64,000 nucleotides of DNA from a virus: positions 32,001 to 96,000 of the IMG/VR virus record IMGVR_UViG_3300040801_002923. The stretch is one strand, 5' to 3'. This document shows, in pieces, positions 19,105-28,692 of this stretch. Numbering within the stretch: the stretch's first letter is position 1; each line of letters opens with the position of its first letter. Below the pieces are notes generated by a model that worked only from the letters and a program-made list of their open reading frames with translations, did no database searches and was not told the DNA's origin. Both the position numbers and the translations under genes were made by a program.

Positions 19105-21897
19105 ATGGCTCTAGTTAGTGCAGGTGTAGAAGTTACGATCATCGATGAGAGTTTCTTCGTCCCAGCTCAGGCTGCAACAGTACCGCTGATCTTCGTAGCT
19201 ACGGCTGACGAAAAGACACAGCCAGATGGTACTACACCAGCCGCTGGTACGTATGAAAGCAACGTCGTCCGCACCGTGACCTCTCTTAACCAAAGTCAGG
19301 CACTTTATGGTAACCCACGATTCCTCGAGGATTCTAGTGGAAACCAGCAACATGGCGATGCTCGTAATGAATATGGACTGCTCGCGCTTAACTCATTCCT
19401 CGGCGTCGGTAACCTCGCGTACGTAGTACGTGCAAACGTTAACCTCAACGATGACCTTGAGGACATCCGCGCAATCTGGGATCGCAAGATGGAAGAAGCA
19501 GCGATTGTTCTCGAAGCAAACGTTACGTCGTTTATCACAGAATACAACGAAGTGAACAACCTGGTTCCTTCAAACCCGAACTTCAAGATCACGGTAACTA
19601 AAGACGAGTTCCTCTCTTTGGCTCGCGAATCGACAGATCCTGTGTTTGCTGCGTTCTCCTTCCAGAACTCCGAAGAAAACTTCTACGATGACAACACAAC
19701 GCCTGTATCTGCGACGGCTGGTTACCAAGTCATCGACATGGACGGATCGGTAAACCAAGGTCAGCAATTCCTAGACTTTGGGGGTTCGATCGCTTCCGCA
19801 TCCCAAGTAATCAACGTTGGTGGTACGATTTCTGGTGCTTCCGCAACAGGACTTGCGCCCGACGCTACAGTTTACGATTTCCGCGTGTTTGTCGAAGGCA
19901 CACTGAACACCATTCAAGTAACTGGATCCAATGCGCAGACGTACGCAGACCTCATCACAGAGATCAATGCTGACCTAACAGGGGCAACAGCTGAACTACT
20001 CGGCGGCAATGTGCGTATCATCTCTGATGATACTTCAGCGACGTCCTCTATTAGTGTTACTGAAGGTACTCTAACAGATCCTCTACTGGCCGCGTTGACG
20101 GACTTCGTTGGCATCGAATCAGCTACGAAGAACGGTGCAAACCCAACCGGACTGCTCGACGACTCGACCTCGTATACGGTAAACGTTGCAGTGAATGGTG
20201 GAGCTCCACAAGCACTAACCGTTCAGGGGCAAAATGCACAAACGTTTGGTGAGCTGGTAGTTCAACTCAACTCGCTGCTAACCGGCGGCACGGTTGAACT
20301 GTTTGAAGACGGTAACATCCGCATCTTCTCATCACTATCTGACGCGTCGTTGTCAGCCATTGCGACAACCGACACTACGCTGCTGGCTGCTCTATCAGGC
20401 TTTGTTGCAGCCGTACCAGCGACAAACAACATCACAAATCCAACGGGTCTGCCTAACACAGGCACACTGTTGCAAGCGACGGTCACAGTTGATGGTGTCC
20501 CTAACTCCGTGCAGATTGCTGGTAACGCAGCTCAAACTTTCGGAACGCTGGTTGCTGAGCTTAACACCGACCTCGGCCCAGTGGCGACGGCGGCAATCGG
20601 CGATGGTGTTACGACAACAAACGGCTACGTTGTTCCAAACGGTCAGCTCGCAATTGTCAGTGCAACCACAGGCGCGGCATCTACGGTTTCTATCGCCGAT
20701 GTGAACATCTTCTCAGGCCTTCGCGGCTTTGTTACGCTGGAGACGCCGGTTGTTGGTCTACCAGCAAACGCAAACCTGCAGGTGTTCGGTAATGGCTACG
20801 ATCAGCCATCAACAGGTACGTACCTTGGGCTGGAAGGTATCGCATCCGAGTGGGAAAACAACGCCCTCGGTTCTCTGGTTGCGGGTGAGTTTACCGCCGA
20901 AGAGGCTGCTGCTACACTTCTAGCAGCAGCCGACGATTACAAGTTCACGGTTGAGTTCCTAAACGAAACAAGCCTTGGTGCAAACGACGCAGCGCGTCGT
21001 GTTGCAATCACAACAGCGCTGCAGGCTTCAATCAACAGCAACACGGAAGTTCGATCCGAGAACTTCGAATTCAACCTGATTCTCTGCCCAGGATATCACG
21101 AATGTGTAGATGAGCTGATTGCTCTGTCCGTTGATATCAACGAAGAAGCTTTTGTCATCGCTGACACCCCAGTCAACCTTGGCGCCGACGAGGTTGTGAA
21201 CTGGTCTGCAACCACGCAGCGATTCCGCTCTCCGGGTGTGGCTTACTACTACCCGTGGGCTCTGCAGTCGAATCTTGACGGTACAAACGTGGTGGGAGCG
21301 CCTTCCGGTGTAGCCCTGCGTACGTATGCATTCAGCGACAACACTGCTGAGCTATGGTTTGCACCAGCTGGTACACGCCGCGGACTGGTTTCAGGCGTGT
21401 CGCGTCTCGGCCACGTTCGCGGAACGCTTGGCACCGCAACCACATTTGTTGAGACAAACCTGAACCAAGGTCAGCGCGACAACATGTACAAAGATCTGAC
21501 AAACCTGAACCCTATTGCGTTCTTTGTTGGTCGTGGGTTCGTGATCTGGGGTCAGAAAACGTCTTCACCAGACATCAGTGCACGCAACCGTGTAAACGTT
21601 GAGCGTCTGCTTCGCTTCATGAAACGTCAGTTCCGTAAGAGTCTGCTGTCGTTTGTGTTCGAGCCAAACGATACGCTCACACGGGACAACGTCAAGGCTC
21701 TGGCTGATAACTTCCTCGGCGATCTCGTTGTTCGTCGAGCACTGTTCGACTTCGCTACGGTGTGTGATGAGTCCAACAACACACCAGACCGTATCGATCG
21801 TAACGAGCTGTATCTTGATATCGCAATCAAGCCTACGCGCGCCGCAGAATTCATCTTCGTGCCAATTCGTGTAGTTGCAACGGATGCAGATATCTAA
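19105..21897 (+). CDS. gp18: tail sheath protein with three inserted ~100-aa repeats
   Basis: LVSAGVEVTIIDES, WFAPAGTRRG, WGQKT, RVNVERL, FVFEPND, IKPTRAAEFI. Confidence 0.96.
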   Translation: MALVSAGVEVTIIDESFFVPAQAATVPLIFVATADEKTQPDGTTPAAGTYESNVVRTVTSLNQSQALYGNPRFLEDSSGNQQHGDARNEYGLLALNSFLGVGNLAYVVRANVNLNDDLEDIRAIWDRKMEEAAIVLEANVTSFITEYNEVNNLVPSNPNFKITVTKDEFLSLARESTDPVFAAFSFQNSEENFYDDNTTPVSATAGYQVIDMDGSVNQGQQFLDFGGSIASASQVINVGGTISGASATGLAPDATVYDFRVFVEGTLNTIQVTGSNAQTYADLITEINADLTGATAELLGGNVRIISDDTSATSSISVTEGTLTDPLLAALTDFVGIESATKNGANPTGLLDDSTSYTVNVAVNGGAPQALTVQGQNAQTFGELVVQLNSLLTGGTVELFEDGNIRIFSSLSDASLSAIATTDTTLLAALSGFVAAVPATNNITNPTGLPNTGTLLQATVTVDGVPNSVQIAGNAAQTFGTLVAELNTDLGPVATAAIGDGVTTTNGYVVPNGQLAIVSATTGAASTVSIADVNIFSGLRGFVTLETPVVGLPANANLQVFGNGYDQPSTGTYLGLEGIASEWENNALGSLVAGEFTAEEAAATLLAAADDYKFTVEFLNETSLGANDAARRVAITTALQASINSNTEVRSENFEFNLILCPGYHECVDELIALSVDINEEAFVIADTPVNLGADEVVNWSATTQRFRSPGVAYYYPWALQSNLDGTNVVGAPSGVALRTYAFSDNTAELWFAPAGTRRGLVSGVSRLGHVRGTLGTATTFVETNLNQGQRDNMYKDLTNLNPIAFFVGRGFVIWGQKTSSPDISARNRVNVERLLRFMKRQFRKSLLSFVFEPNDTLTRDNVKALADNFLGDLVVRRALFDFATVCDESNNTPDRIDRNELYLDIAIKPTRAAEFIFVPIRVVATDADI

Positions 21898-21932
21898 GGT
21901 CTAACGCAAGCGTAACTTAAAGGGAAAGTAAT

Positions 21933-22520
21933 ATGGCAACCATTAACGACATCGGAATTCCTGGAGTAGGTACAGGTATCCTGCAGCCAAAGCAGAAGAA
22001 CAAGTGGCGCGTCACTTTCGCTAATATTGGCGGCGGTGCTGACTCCCAGCCTCTTTCGCTTCAGGCTGTGACGGTAACCCGTCCATCCATTACATTCGAT
22101 GAGATTCAGCTCGATCGTTACGTCTCGCGCGCGTTCGTGGCTGGTAAGTACACGTTCGAACCGATGACAATTTCCTTTGAGGATGATGTTACTGGTCTCG
22201 CTTCTCAGGTACTGCAGGATCAAATTCAGTCGCAACAATTCCTGACGGGTGCTGAAGGCGCTTTCCTTGCTACATCTGGCGAAGGTTCGTTGTACAAGTT
22301 CATCACGTATCTCGACATGCTGGACGGTAACGATCAGCAGATTGAGCGCTGGACGGTCGAAGGCTGCTTCATCTCTGGCATTGACTACACAGATCTAGAT
22401 TTTGCGACAGCAGATCAGGTCCTTATCACAGTGACAATCCGTTACGACCACGCGCGTCAAGTTCTCGGTGGCTACGACCAGGGTCAGGGTGTTGCACTTG
22501 GTGGTGCTGGTCGAGAGTAA
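21933..22520 (+). CDS. gp19: tail tube protein
   Basis: Follows the sheath gene. PKQKNKWRVTF, AGKYTFEPMTISFEDD, WTVEGCF, ITVTIRYD. Confidence 0.9.
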   Translation: MATINDIGIPGVGTGILQPKQKNKWRVTFANIGGGADSQPLSLQAVTVTRPSITFDEIQLDRYVSRAFVAGKYTFEPMTISFEDDVTGLASQVLQDQIQSQQFLTGAEGAFLATSGEGSLYKFITYLDMLDGNDQQIERWTVEGCFISGIDYTDLDFATADQVLITVTIRYDHARQVLGGYDQGQGVALGGAGRE

Positions 22521-22586
22521 GGTTAGCGTCCGTCGGAAGACAAGGAAGTCTAACACATCTAACAGGAAGTTTACTTTCTGGACGCA

Positions 22587-22612
22587 GGGGGGCCTTTTGG
22601 CCCCCTTTCTTT
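22587..22612 (+). terminator. intrinsic terminator after the tube gene
   Basis: GGGGGCC-TTTT-GGCCCCC followed by TTTCTTT. Confidence 0.85.
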
Positions 22613-22654
22613 ATTTGTTAGAACACGCTTTTTTACTGAACACTAAATAACCGC

Positions 22655-23773
22655 ATGGCTCTAGATCCTCGCTCATTTCTCACTAATCCTGTGGTCCGCC
22701 AGGTAGCCAACGCTGTGCCTGGCGGTGACCTAGTTATTCAAGCCGTAGACACAGTCCAGGACTTCCGTGATAACGGGGTGGACTTTAAGAACGGACGCCT
22801 GACAATCGGCAGTCCGTCACCATACGCAGTTGATTTAGTGGCTAGAGCTCCTAAGCACAAGTTCATGTTCGTACTGCAAGTGGTTATCGATGGGCCGTTT
22901 CAGCAACTGTTCCCTGAATCGCTGCTTGAAGAGATGGCCTTCGTGGTTAAGCGAGCAGGTCGTCCTAATGTTTCGTTCGACTACGAGGAAGTAAACTTCT
23001 ACAACCATCGATCCAAAGTACTGAAGCGGATTGAATACCAACCAATCACAATCGGCTTCTACGATGACATGAACAGCAACGTTCTTTCGTTTCTTGAGCG
23101 GTATCTTGCAGTAACGTCTCCGATTTCACGTCTTGGCGATAAAGGGCAAGTATACAAGCTGTTTGAAGAGAGCGGTATGAACTCACCGAACGACTTTGCG
23201 TCCGCATCTACGGATGGCTTCGCTCGTGTGCCCGGCGTTACGGATACTGACACATCGATCATCAGCTATATCAATCTCTTTCATATCTATAACGGTGGCT
23301 CGCTAGTGGATCAATACACGTTCGCTAAACCCAAGATCACAGAAATTCAGTTGGATGATGTTGATATGACAATGTCTGGAGACGGCACAGAGGCTGCGTT
23401 TACCTTCTCATACGAAGCACTTGGAATCCAGACACGCATTCGAGCTGCTGAGCTTCGCAATCGAATTCAAGATTACACGGATGCAGGCCTACATACGCTC
23501 AATCTACCACGCTCGCTCAACACACCCCTATCTACTGGTGGTGTATTCGGTGCAGCTGGTCCTGGTGACGTCATTCGCGAAACCGCCCGTGATATTGCTT
23601 CTGATGCGCTATCCGGTGCGGCGCTAGGAGGTGCAATTGGCGGCGCTATTGGAGGTGTCGGTGGTGCTATCCAGGCTGGGGTTGGTACAGCAACCAACGT
23701 CGTAGGAAACGCTGTTTCAGATCTTCTTGGTATTGGTGGCGACGATCAAGCCAACTCGGATAATTTCGACTAA
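22655..23773 (+). CDS. tube-like baseplate/tail tube initiator (gp54/gp48-like)
   Basis: PKHKFMF, YQPITIGFYDD and FSYE form a tube-fold paralogue pattern; G/A-rich tail. Confidence 0.65.
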   Translation: MALDPRSFLTNPVVRQVANAVPGGDLVIQAVDTVQDFRDNGVDFKNGRLTIGSPSPYAVDLVARAPKHKFMFVLQVVIDGPFQQLFPESLLEEMAFVVKRAGRPNVSFDYEEVNFYNHRSKVLKRIEYQPITIGFYDDMNSNVLSFLERYLAVTSPISRLGDKGQVYKLFEESGMNSPNDFASASTDGFARVPGVTDTDTSIISYINLFHIYNGGSLVDQYTFAKPKITEIQLDDVDMTMSGDGTEAAFTFSYEALGIQTRIRAAELRNRIQDYTDAGLHTLNLPRSLNTPLSTGGVFGAAGPGDVIRETARDIASDALSGAALGGAIGGAIGGVGGAIQAGVGTATNVVGNAVSDLLGIGGDDQANSDNFD

Positions 23774-23784
23774 ATAGACTCGCT

Positions 23785-24219
23785 ATGGCGAGATCATATA
23801 AGCAAGGTGTATTCACACCGCGACATCCAGAGAAATATGTAGGCAACGCGAATAATATCGTGTTCCGCAGTTCATGGGAGCTTTCCATGAACCAGTTTCT
23901 AGATAACAACCCCAACATTCTTCGCTGGAGTTCCGAAGAGATCGCCATACCGTACGTTAAACCTACCACCGGACGCGTGCACCGCTACTTCCCTGACTAT
24001 TGGATCGAGTATAAGGACCGTGATGGCAATTTGCTTCAGGAAATACTCGAGGTAAAGCCAAGTACGGAAGTTAACCCTAATCTCAAGAAACGCAAATCCA
24101 ACTACGATAAGCTCACCTATGCAATCAACCTTGCAAAGTGGAAAGCAGCCTCTCAGTTTTGCGAGAAGCGGAACATGAAGTTTAGAATCCTAACCGAAAA
24201 CCAGTTGTTCAGCCGCTAG
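23785..24219 (+). CDS. gp4: head completion nuclease (TnsA-like)
   Basis: PRHPEKYVG, FRSSWE, WSSEEIAIPY, HRYFPDYW, EVKP, NLAKWKAA. Confidence 0.93.
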   Translation: MARSYKQGVFTPRHPEKYVGNANNIVFRSSWELSMNQFLDNNPNILRWSSEEIAIPYVKPTTGRVHRYFPDYWIEYKDRDGNLLQEILEVKPSTEVNPNLKKRKSNYDKLTYAINLAKWKAASQFCEKRNMKFRILTENQLFSR

Positions 24220-24229
24220 TAAATACAAC

Positions 24230-24706
24230 ATGAGCAGCAAAAAAGAAATCGAAGTACCTACATCGCATCCTCTAGAGGCTGTACTTAACGTAGAGGAGGG
24301 GACTACTATGGTCCCTAAAACCATCATCCAGGGTGATGTTGAGCCGCACCAAACCTATGACGAGAAAGACATTGAGATCGATAAGCAGTTTCAAGAGATT
24401 TACGATCTAGCGTTGACTGCGTTCGAAGATCAAACAGAAACGGCTGAAATTGTAGACCCCCAGTACAAGGCCCGCACAGCTGAAGTTGCAGCAGCTTATC
24501 TAACCACCGCTCTCAACGCCGCGAATTCCAAAATGGCACTCAAGCAACAACGCGAGAAGCTAGAGGTGTCCAAGTCTCGTATTACCGGTGGCATCACAAA
24601 CAATGGCAACATGATTGTCACCAATCGTAATGACCTCCTGCGATTGATGGAAGAAAGGGACGGCGAGCGCGACGCAATCGAAGGTGAGTTTTCCTCCGAC
24701 GAGTAA
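24230..24706 (+). CDS. putative terminase small subunit
   Basis: Directly upstream of the large subunit; helical core and C-terminal NNGNMIVTNRNDLLRLM. Confidence 0.7.
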   Translation: MSSKKEIEVPTSHPLEAVLNVEEGTTMVPKTIIQGDVEPHQTYDEKDIEIDKQFQEIYDLALTAFEDQTETAEIVDPQYKARTAEVAAAYLTTALNAANSKMALKQQREKLEVSKSRITGGITNNGNMIVTNRNDLLRLMEERDGERDAIEGEFSSDE

Positions 24707-24736
24707 CCCCTTGGTTTTGGGTATGTAAATACTCAC

Positions 24737-26290
24737 ATGTCACGAGCATTCAAAGATCCGCAAATCAAACGCGCCGGAACCGAGACGGAATATACCGTCG
24801 AGCAGATCCGTGAGTTAAAGAAGTGCATGAACGATCCGGTGTACTTTATCCGGACATACTGCCGAATTCAGCACCCCGTCGAAGGCGCTATTCCGTTTGA
24901 GCTCTACGACTATCAAATTGAGATGGTCGAGAACTTCCACAATCACAGAAACAACATCGTTCTTAGTGCACGGCAGACTGGTAAGTCGACTGTCTCTTCG
25001 ATGTACCTGCTGTGGTTTGCTATGTTCAATTTCGACAAGACAATTCTCATTGCGTCGAATAAGAACAAAGGTGCGATGGAAATGATCGCTCGTATTCAGT
25101 ATGCATACAAGAACCTCCCGCACTGGCTAAAGCCGGGAGTAACTGACGATGGTTGGAACAAGCACTCACTAAAGTTTGACAACGACAGTGAAATTCAGTC
25201 TGAAGCGACGTCGGAGAATTCTGGTCGTGGTATGTCTATCTCCCTACTCTACCTCGATGAGTTTGCGTTTGTTCCCCCAGCTGTAGCTCAAGAATTCTGG
25301 ACAGCCATTGCGCCTACGTTGTCTACAGGTGGTGCTTGTATCATTTCTTCTACACCAAACGGCGATCAAAACATCTTCTCTGAGCTGTGGAACGGTGCTG
25401 AAATGGGAGTAAACAACTTCCATCCTTCTCATGTGCGCTGGGATCAACCACCGGGGCGCACTAAAGCGTTCAAGGAAGACATGATTGCGCAGATTGGTGA
25501 AACGGCCTGGCTGCAAGAATACGAGTGTGAGTTCCTATCATCCGATGCGCTGCTGATCGACACACTTGTTCTTCAGAACTTGACGCCTGGCATATCCAAG
25601 ATCAAACCAGACTTCGAGATCAATGATGTTAAGTTCTGGAAAAGACCACAGAGTGGTGTGCAATACCTTGTTGGAGTTGATCCAGCTACTGGTACCGGCG
25701 AAGACTTCACTGTGATTACTGTTTGGGAATTTCCAGCGATGGAACAAGTGGCTATGTATCGTTCGAATACGATGTCGTCGGCCAAAGTGTATCCGATTCT
25801 CAAGAACCTACTGAAGTTCTTGGAGCGCACTGGGTCGCAGGTCTACTTCTCAATCGAAAACAATGGTGTTGGTGAGGGCCTTCTAGCACTGTATGAAGCA
25901 GACGAAAACCCACCTCTGATGTCCGAAATGATTTCTGAAACGGGCAAGAATCGTCAAGGCGTAACTACGACGGGCAAGTCTAAGATGCGTTGCTGTCTCA
26001 ATCTCAAGGAATTGATTGAGAAGCGAACGATGACAATTAAAAGCGAGCTGATGCTCAAAGAGTTGAAGAAATTCGTTCGTCGCGCGGCTGGGTATTCAGC
26101 ACAAAACGGGGCAACCGACGACATCATTTCTTCAACACTAATCGTCCTTCGAATTCTCGAAGAAATCTCCTCGTATGACCAAGCGGCCTTTGATACGCTC
26201 CGTGCAGTTGAGGACAGTCCGTGGTCCGAAGCTGACGTCATTCACTACGACGAAGAAGACCCTGATCACGGACCTATGCCTTTCATCTAG
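24737..26290 (+). CDS. gp17: terminase large subunit
   Basis: ARQTGKST, LLYLDEFAFV, SSTPNG, QEYECEF, GVDPATG, ENNGVG, TDDII. Confidence 0.97.
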   Translation: MSRAFKDPQIKRAGTETEYTVEQIRELKKCMNDPVYFIRTYCRIQHPVEGAIPFELYDYQIEMVENFHNHRNNIVLSARQTGKSTVSSMYLLWFAMFNFDKTILIASNKNKGAMEMIARIQYAYKNLPHWLKPGVTDDGWNKHSLKFDNDSEIQSEATSENSGRGMSISLLYLDEFAFVPPAVAQEFWTAIAPTLSTGGACIISSTPNGDQNIFSELWNGAEMGVNNFHPSHVRWDQPPGRTKAFKEDMIAQIGETAWLQEYECEFLSSDALLIDTLVLQNLTPGISKIKPDFEINDVKFWKRPQSGVQYLVGVDPATGTGEDFTVITVWEFPAMEQVAMYRSNTMSSAKVYPILKNLLKFLERTGSQVYFSIENNGVGEGLLALYEADENPPLMSEMISETGKNRQGVTTTGKSKMRCCLNLKELIEKRTMTIKSELMLKELKKFVRRAAGYSAQNGATDDIISSTLIVLRILEEISSYDQAAFDTLRAVEDSPWSEADVIHYDEEDPDHGPMPFI

Positions 26291-26346
26291 CGTTGATCTT
26301 CCTGTTGAGCTCAGTGATAACTAAGACTCACAGGAGGAAAATAGCA

Positions 26347-26550
26347 ATGGCTGACCCTAGATATCGATGGCGCGTTGACATCTTCGAATATGAGCGTGGG
26401 TGGGGCAGACGTCACGAAGGCGCGAAGTTTTTCGACGATGAAAACGAAGCGTACCAATTTGTCCGAGACTACAATTCTGAAAACACAGAAACGGTAGTCC
26501 CTGATTGGTATATGGCTGCTTCTGCCCCCCAAAAGGTGCAGGTGGCCTAG
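26347..26550 (+). CDS. small hypothetical protein
   Basis: AGGAGG SD; EYERGWG and VPDWY motifs. Confidence 0.75.
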   Translation: MADPRYRWRVDIFEYERGWGRRHEGAKFFDDENEAYQFVRDYNSENTETVVPDWYMAASAPQKVQVA

Positions 26551-27488
26551 TGGGTATAGATGTTGTAGTTGCGTTCTTCGTATTGGGCGCTGTTTCTGTA
26601 CTCATTCGTTCACCAATCAATTTCCCCGAGGGGCTCTACCAAGGGTTGAGCCTCTTCCTGATGTTGGCTATTGGTCTGAAGGGCGGCGTGGCTTTAGCTG
26701 ACCACTTTACAGCAAATGTCCTGCTCCAATCAGCCGGAGTGCTGACCTTGGGGCTGGTGATACCCATCATAGCCTTTCTGATACTGCGAGGGGTCGGAAA
26801 CTTTGATCGCATAAATGCTGGATCGATAGCGGCACATTATGGCTCTGTTAGTGTCGGAACTTATGCTGTTGCTATGTCTGTGTTGCAGAGTATGAACATC
26901 TCTTACGAAGAGTACTTCCCGATGTTTGTTGTTCTGCTGGAGATGCCGGCAATATTGGTGGGGTTGTGGCTTGCAAACCTGGGTGCTGGTGAGCTCAATA
27001 AGAAAGCGCTCCTACACGAAATGACTTGCAATCAGGGCGTTACGTTGATGCTCGGTGGTCTCATTATTGGTGCAATGGCCGGGCATGAAGGTACGGAATC
27101 AATTATGCCCCTGTTCAAAACCCTATTCAGCGGCGCACTAGCGTTATTCCTCCTCGAAATGGGGATCGTCGCAGCCAAGCGGGCTAGAGACATCGGTAAC
27201 CGTCTGATGTTCTTGTTACCGTTCGGGATGACGATGCCAGTGATAGGCGCCGTGTTGGGGATGTGGATGGGTGATGTGTTGCACTTCTCTCAAGGTGGCG
27301 TGGTTCTACTCACTGTTTTGGCGGCAAGTTGTTCTTACATAGCGGTACCTGCTGTAATGCGCGCTGCTCTGCCTACAGCGGATCATGGGATGGCGATAGC
27401 CACATCGCTTGCAATCACATTCCCATTCAACGTAATTGTTGGAATTCCAATGTACATCTGGTTCATTCAACGCTTGCACTTGGGTTAA
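26550..27488 (+). CDS. sbtA: SbtA-family sodium-dependent bicarbonate transporter
   Basis: About 10 hydrophobic helices with FFVLG, LMLAIGLKGG, IAAHYGSVSVGTY, LLEMPAI, LFLLEMG, ASCSYIAVPA, SLAITFPFNVIVGIP. GTG start overlaps the upstream TAG. Confidence 0.88.
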   Translation: MGIDVVVAFFVLGAVSVLIRSPINFPEGLYQGLSLFLMLAIGLKGGVALADHFTANVLLQSAGVLTLGLVIPIIAFLILRGVGNFDRINAGSIAAHYGSVSVGTYAVAMSVLQSMNISYEEYFPMFVVLLEMPAILVGLWLANLGAGELNKKALLHEMTCNQGVTLMLGGLIIGAMAGHEGTESIMPLFKTLFSGALALFLLEMGIVAAKRARDIGNRLMFLLPFGMTMPVIGAVLGMWMGDVLHFSQGGVVLLTVLAASCSYIAVPAVMRAALPTADHGMAIATSLAITFPFNVIVGIPMYIWFIQRLHLG

Positions 27489-27502
27489 ATCCTCTGTATC
27501 AT
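27474..27502 (+). promoter_or_regulatory. sigma70-like promoter
   Basis: TTGCAC-17 nt-TATCAT. Confidence 0.6.
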
Positions 27503-27528
27503 GCGACTCAACTTCTGAGGATAGAAAC

Positions 27529-28653
27529 ATGTACACAGATCAAGACAAATTCATTCACTGGTACAATGAAGTGTTCCGGTACGATCCACTCTACGCAGCT
27601 ATGTGGGAGACGGTCGAGGGTTCACCGTGGCACCGTGAGGCCAACGTCGGCGTTCACACCGATATGGTAGTCAGTCAATATCTAATGCTGTCCAACAGCG
27701 AAGGGCCGGGCATGCTGGATAGTGAGTGCTTTAACGTCCGCGGCGCTCTCGGATGTGCTTTCCACGACGTTGGTAAGCCGCCCGCTATGCAGATCAAATT
27801 CAAGGAAGATCGTGGGGAGTACAAAGCATTCCATGGTCATGAATTGATTTCAGCCCGCATGTGGGAAAATTGGGCTGTTGGTAACTGGAGCTTTTTGCAA
27901 CGTGAGTTCGGCTTCGAACCCATCGACATCTACACTGTGGGTTGGATGATCGAACATCATGTACCCTGGGCAACCAAGAAGGATGAAAAGCTCGACGCAT
28001 TTGCTGCAACAGCTTACACGACGCTGGGGCATTCATGTGCATGGACCGATATGTTAATGGCTGATCAGCGTGGACGAATCTCTGATTCGAGCCACCAGCG
28101 GTTTGAAGAGGCGCAGATCTGGATTTACGATCATGAAGAGCGTCGTGCTAAGGCTGAGTGGGGGTTCGAGCTGGTCACCGACAAGACGGTGTACATGCTT
28201 ATCGGCGCCCCAGGAGCTGGCAAATCGACGTACCGCCAGAAGCTGCTAGCGGAAAATCCCGGTGCAGCGGTTCTAAGCATGGACGATCTTCGGATCGAGT
28301 TCTATGGTGAGCCGTATGAGAATGCGTTTGCCAAAGCCTCGAAGGACAGCTCTTTCAACGCCAAAGTGGATGCACGGTACATCGACACACTTCGCCAGAA
28401 TGAAGTTGTGATTCTCGACAATACCAATACGGCGGCACGCGCACGTAAGCGCTGGCTCGCTCCGGCACGGGCTCGTGACTTTCGAATTGTTGCGGTGTTG
28501 TTCCCTGTGCAATTGCAGACGGTGCTTGACCGACAGCGGTCGCGAACCGACAAGACAATCCCGGATCAGGTTGTATCCGATATGTACAACCGTATGTCGT
28601 TGCCTATGATCGGCGATTTCGATGAGATTATCGTTCACGACGGCAACCTCTGA
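27529..28653 (+). CDS. HD-domain phosphoesterase fused to a P-loop polynucleotide kinase (HD-Pnk-like end-healing enzyme)
   Basis: SPWHREANVGVHT, FHDVGKP, FHGHELISA, ADQRGR; then GAPGAGKST, SMDDLR, LDNTN, RQRSR. Confidence 0.85.
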   Translation: MYTDQDKFIHWYNEVFRYDPLYAAMWETVEGSPWHREANVGVHTDMVVSQYLMLSNSEGPGMLDSECFNVRGALGCAFHDVGKPPAMQIKFKEDRGEYKAFHGHELISARMWENWAVGNWSFLQREFGFEPIDIYTVGWMIEHHVPWATKKDEKLDAFAATAYTTLGHSCAWTDMLMADQRGRISDSSHQRFEEAQIWIYDHEERRAKAEWGFELVTDKTVYMLIGAPGAGKSTYRQKLLAENPGAAVLSMDDLRIEFYGEPYENAFAKASKDSSFNAKVDARYIDTLRQNEVVILDNTNTAARARKRWLAPARARDFRIVAVLFPVQLQTVLDRQRSRTDKTIPDQVVSDMYNRMSLPMIGDFDEIIVHDGNL

Positions 28654-28678
28654 GCAAGCCCCCTTCTGGGGGCTTTGC
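28654..28678 (+). terminator. hairpin terminator
   Basis: AAGCCCCC-TTCT-GGGGGCTT. Confidence 0.7.
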
Positions 28679-28692
28679 GCTAAATACGATCC

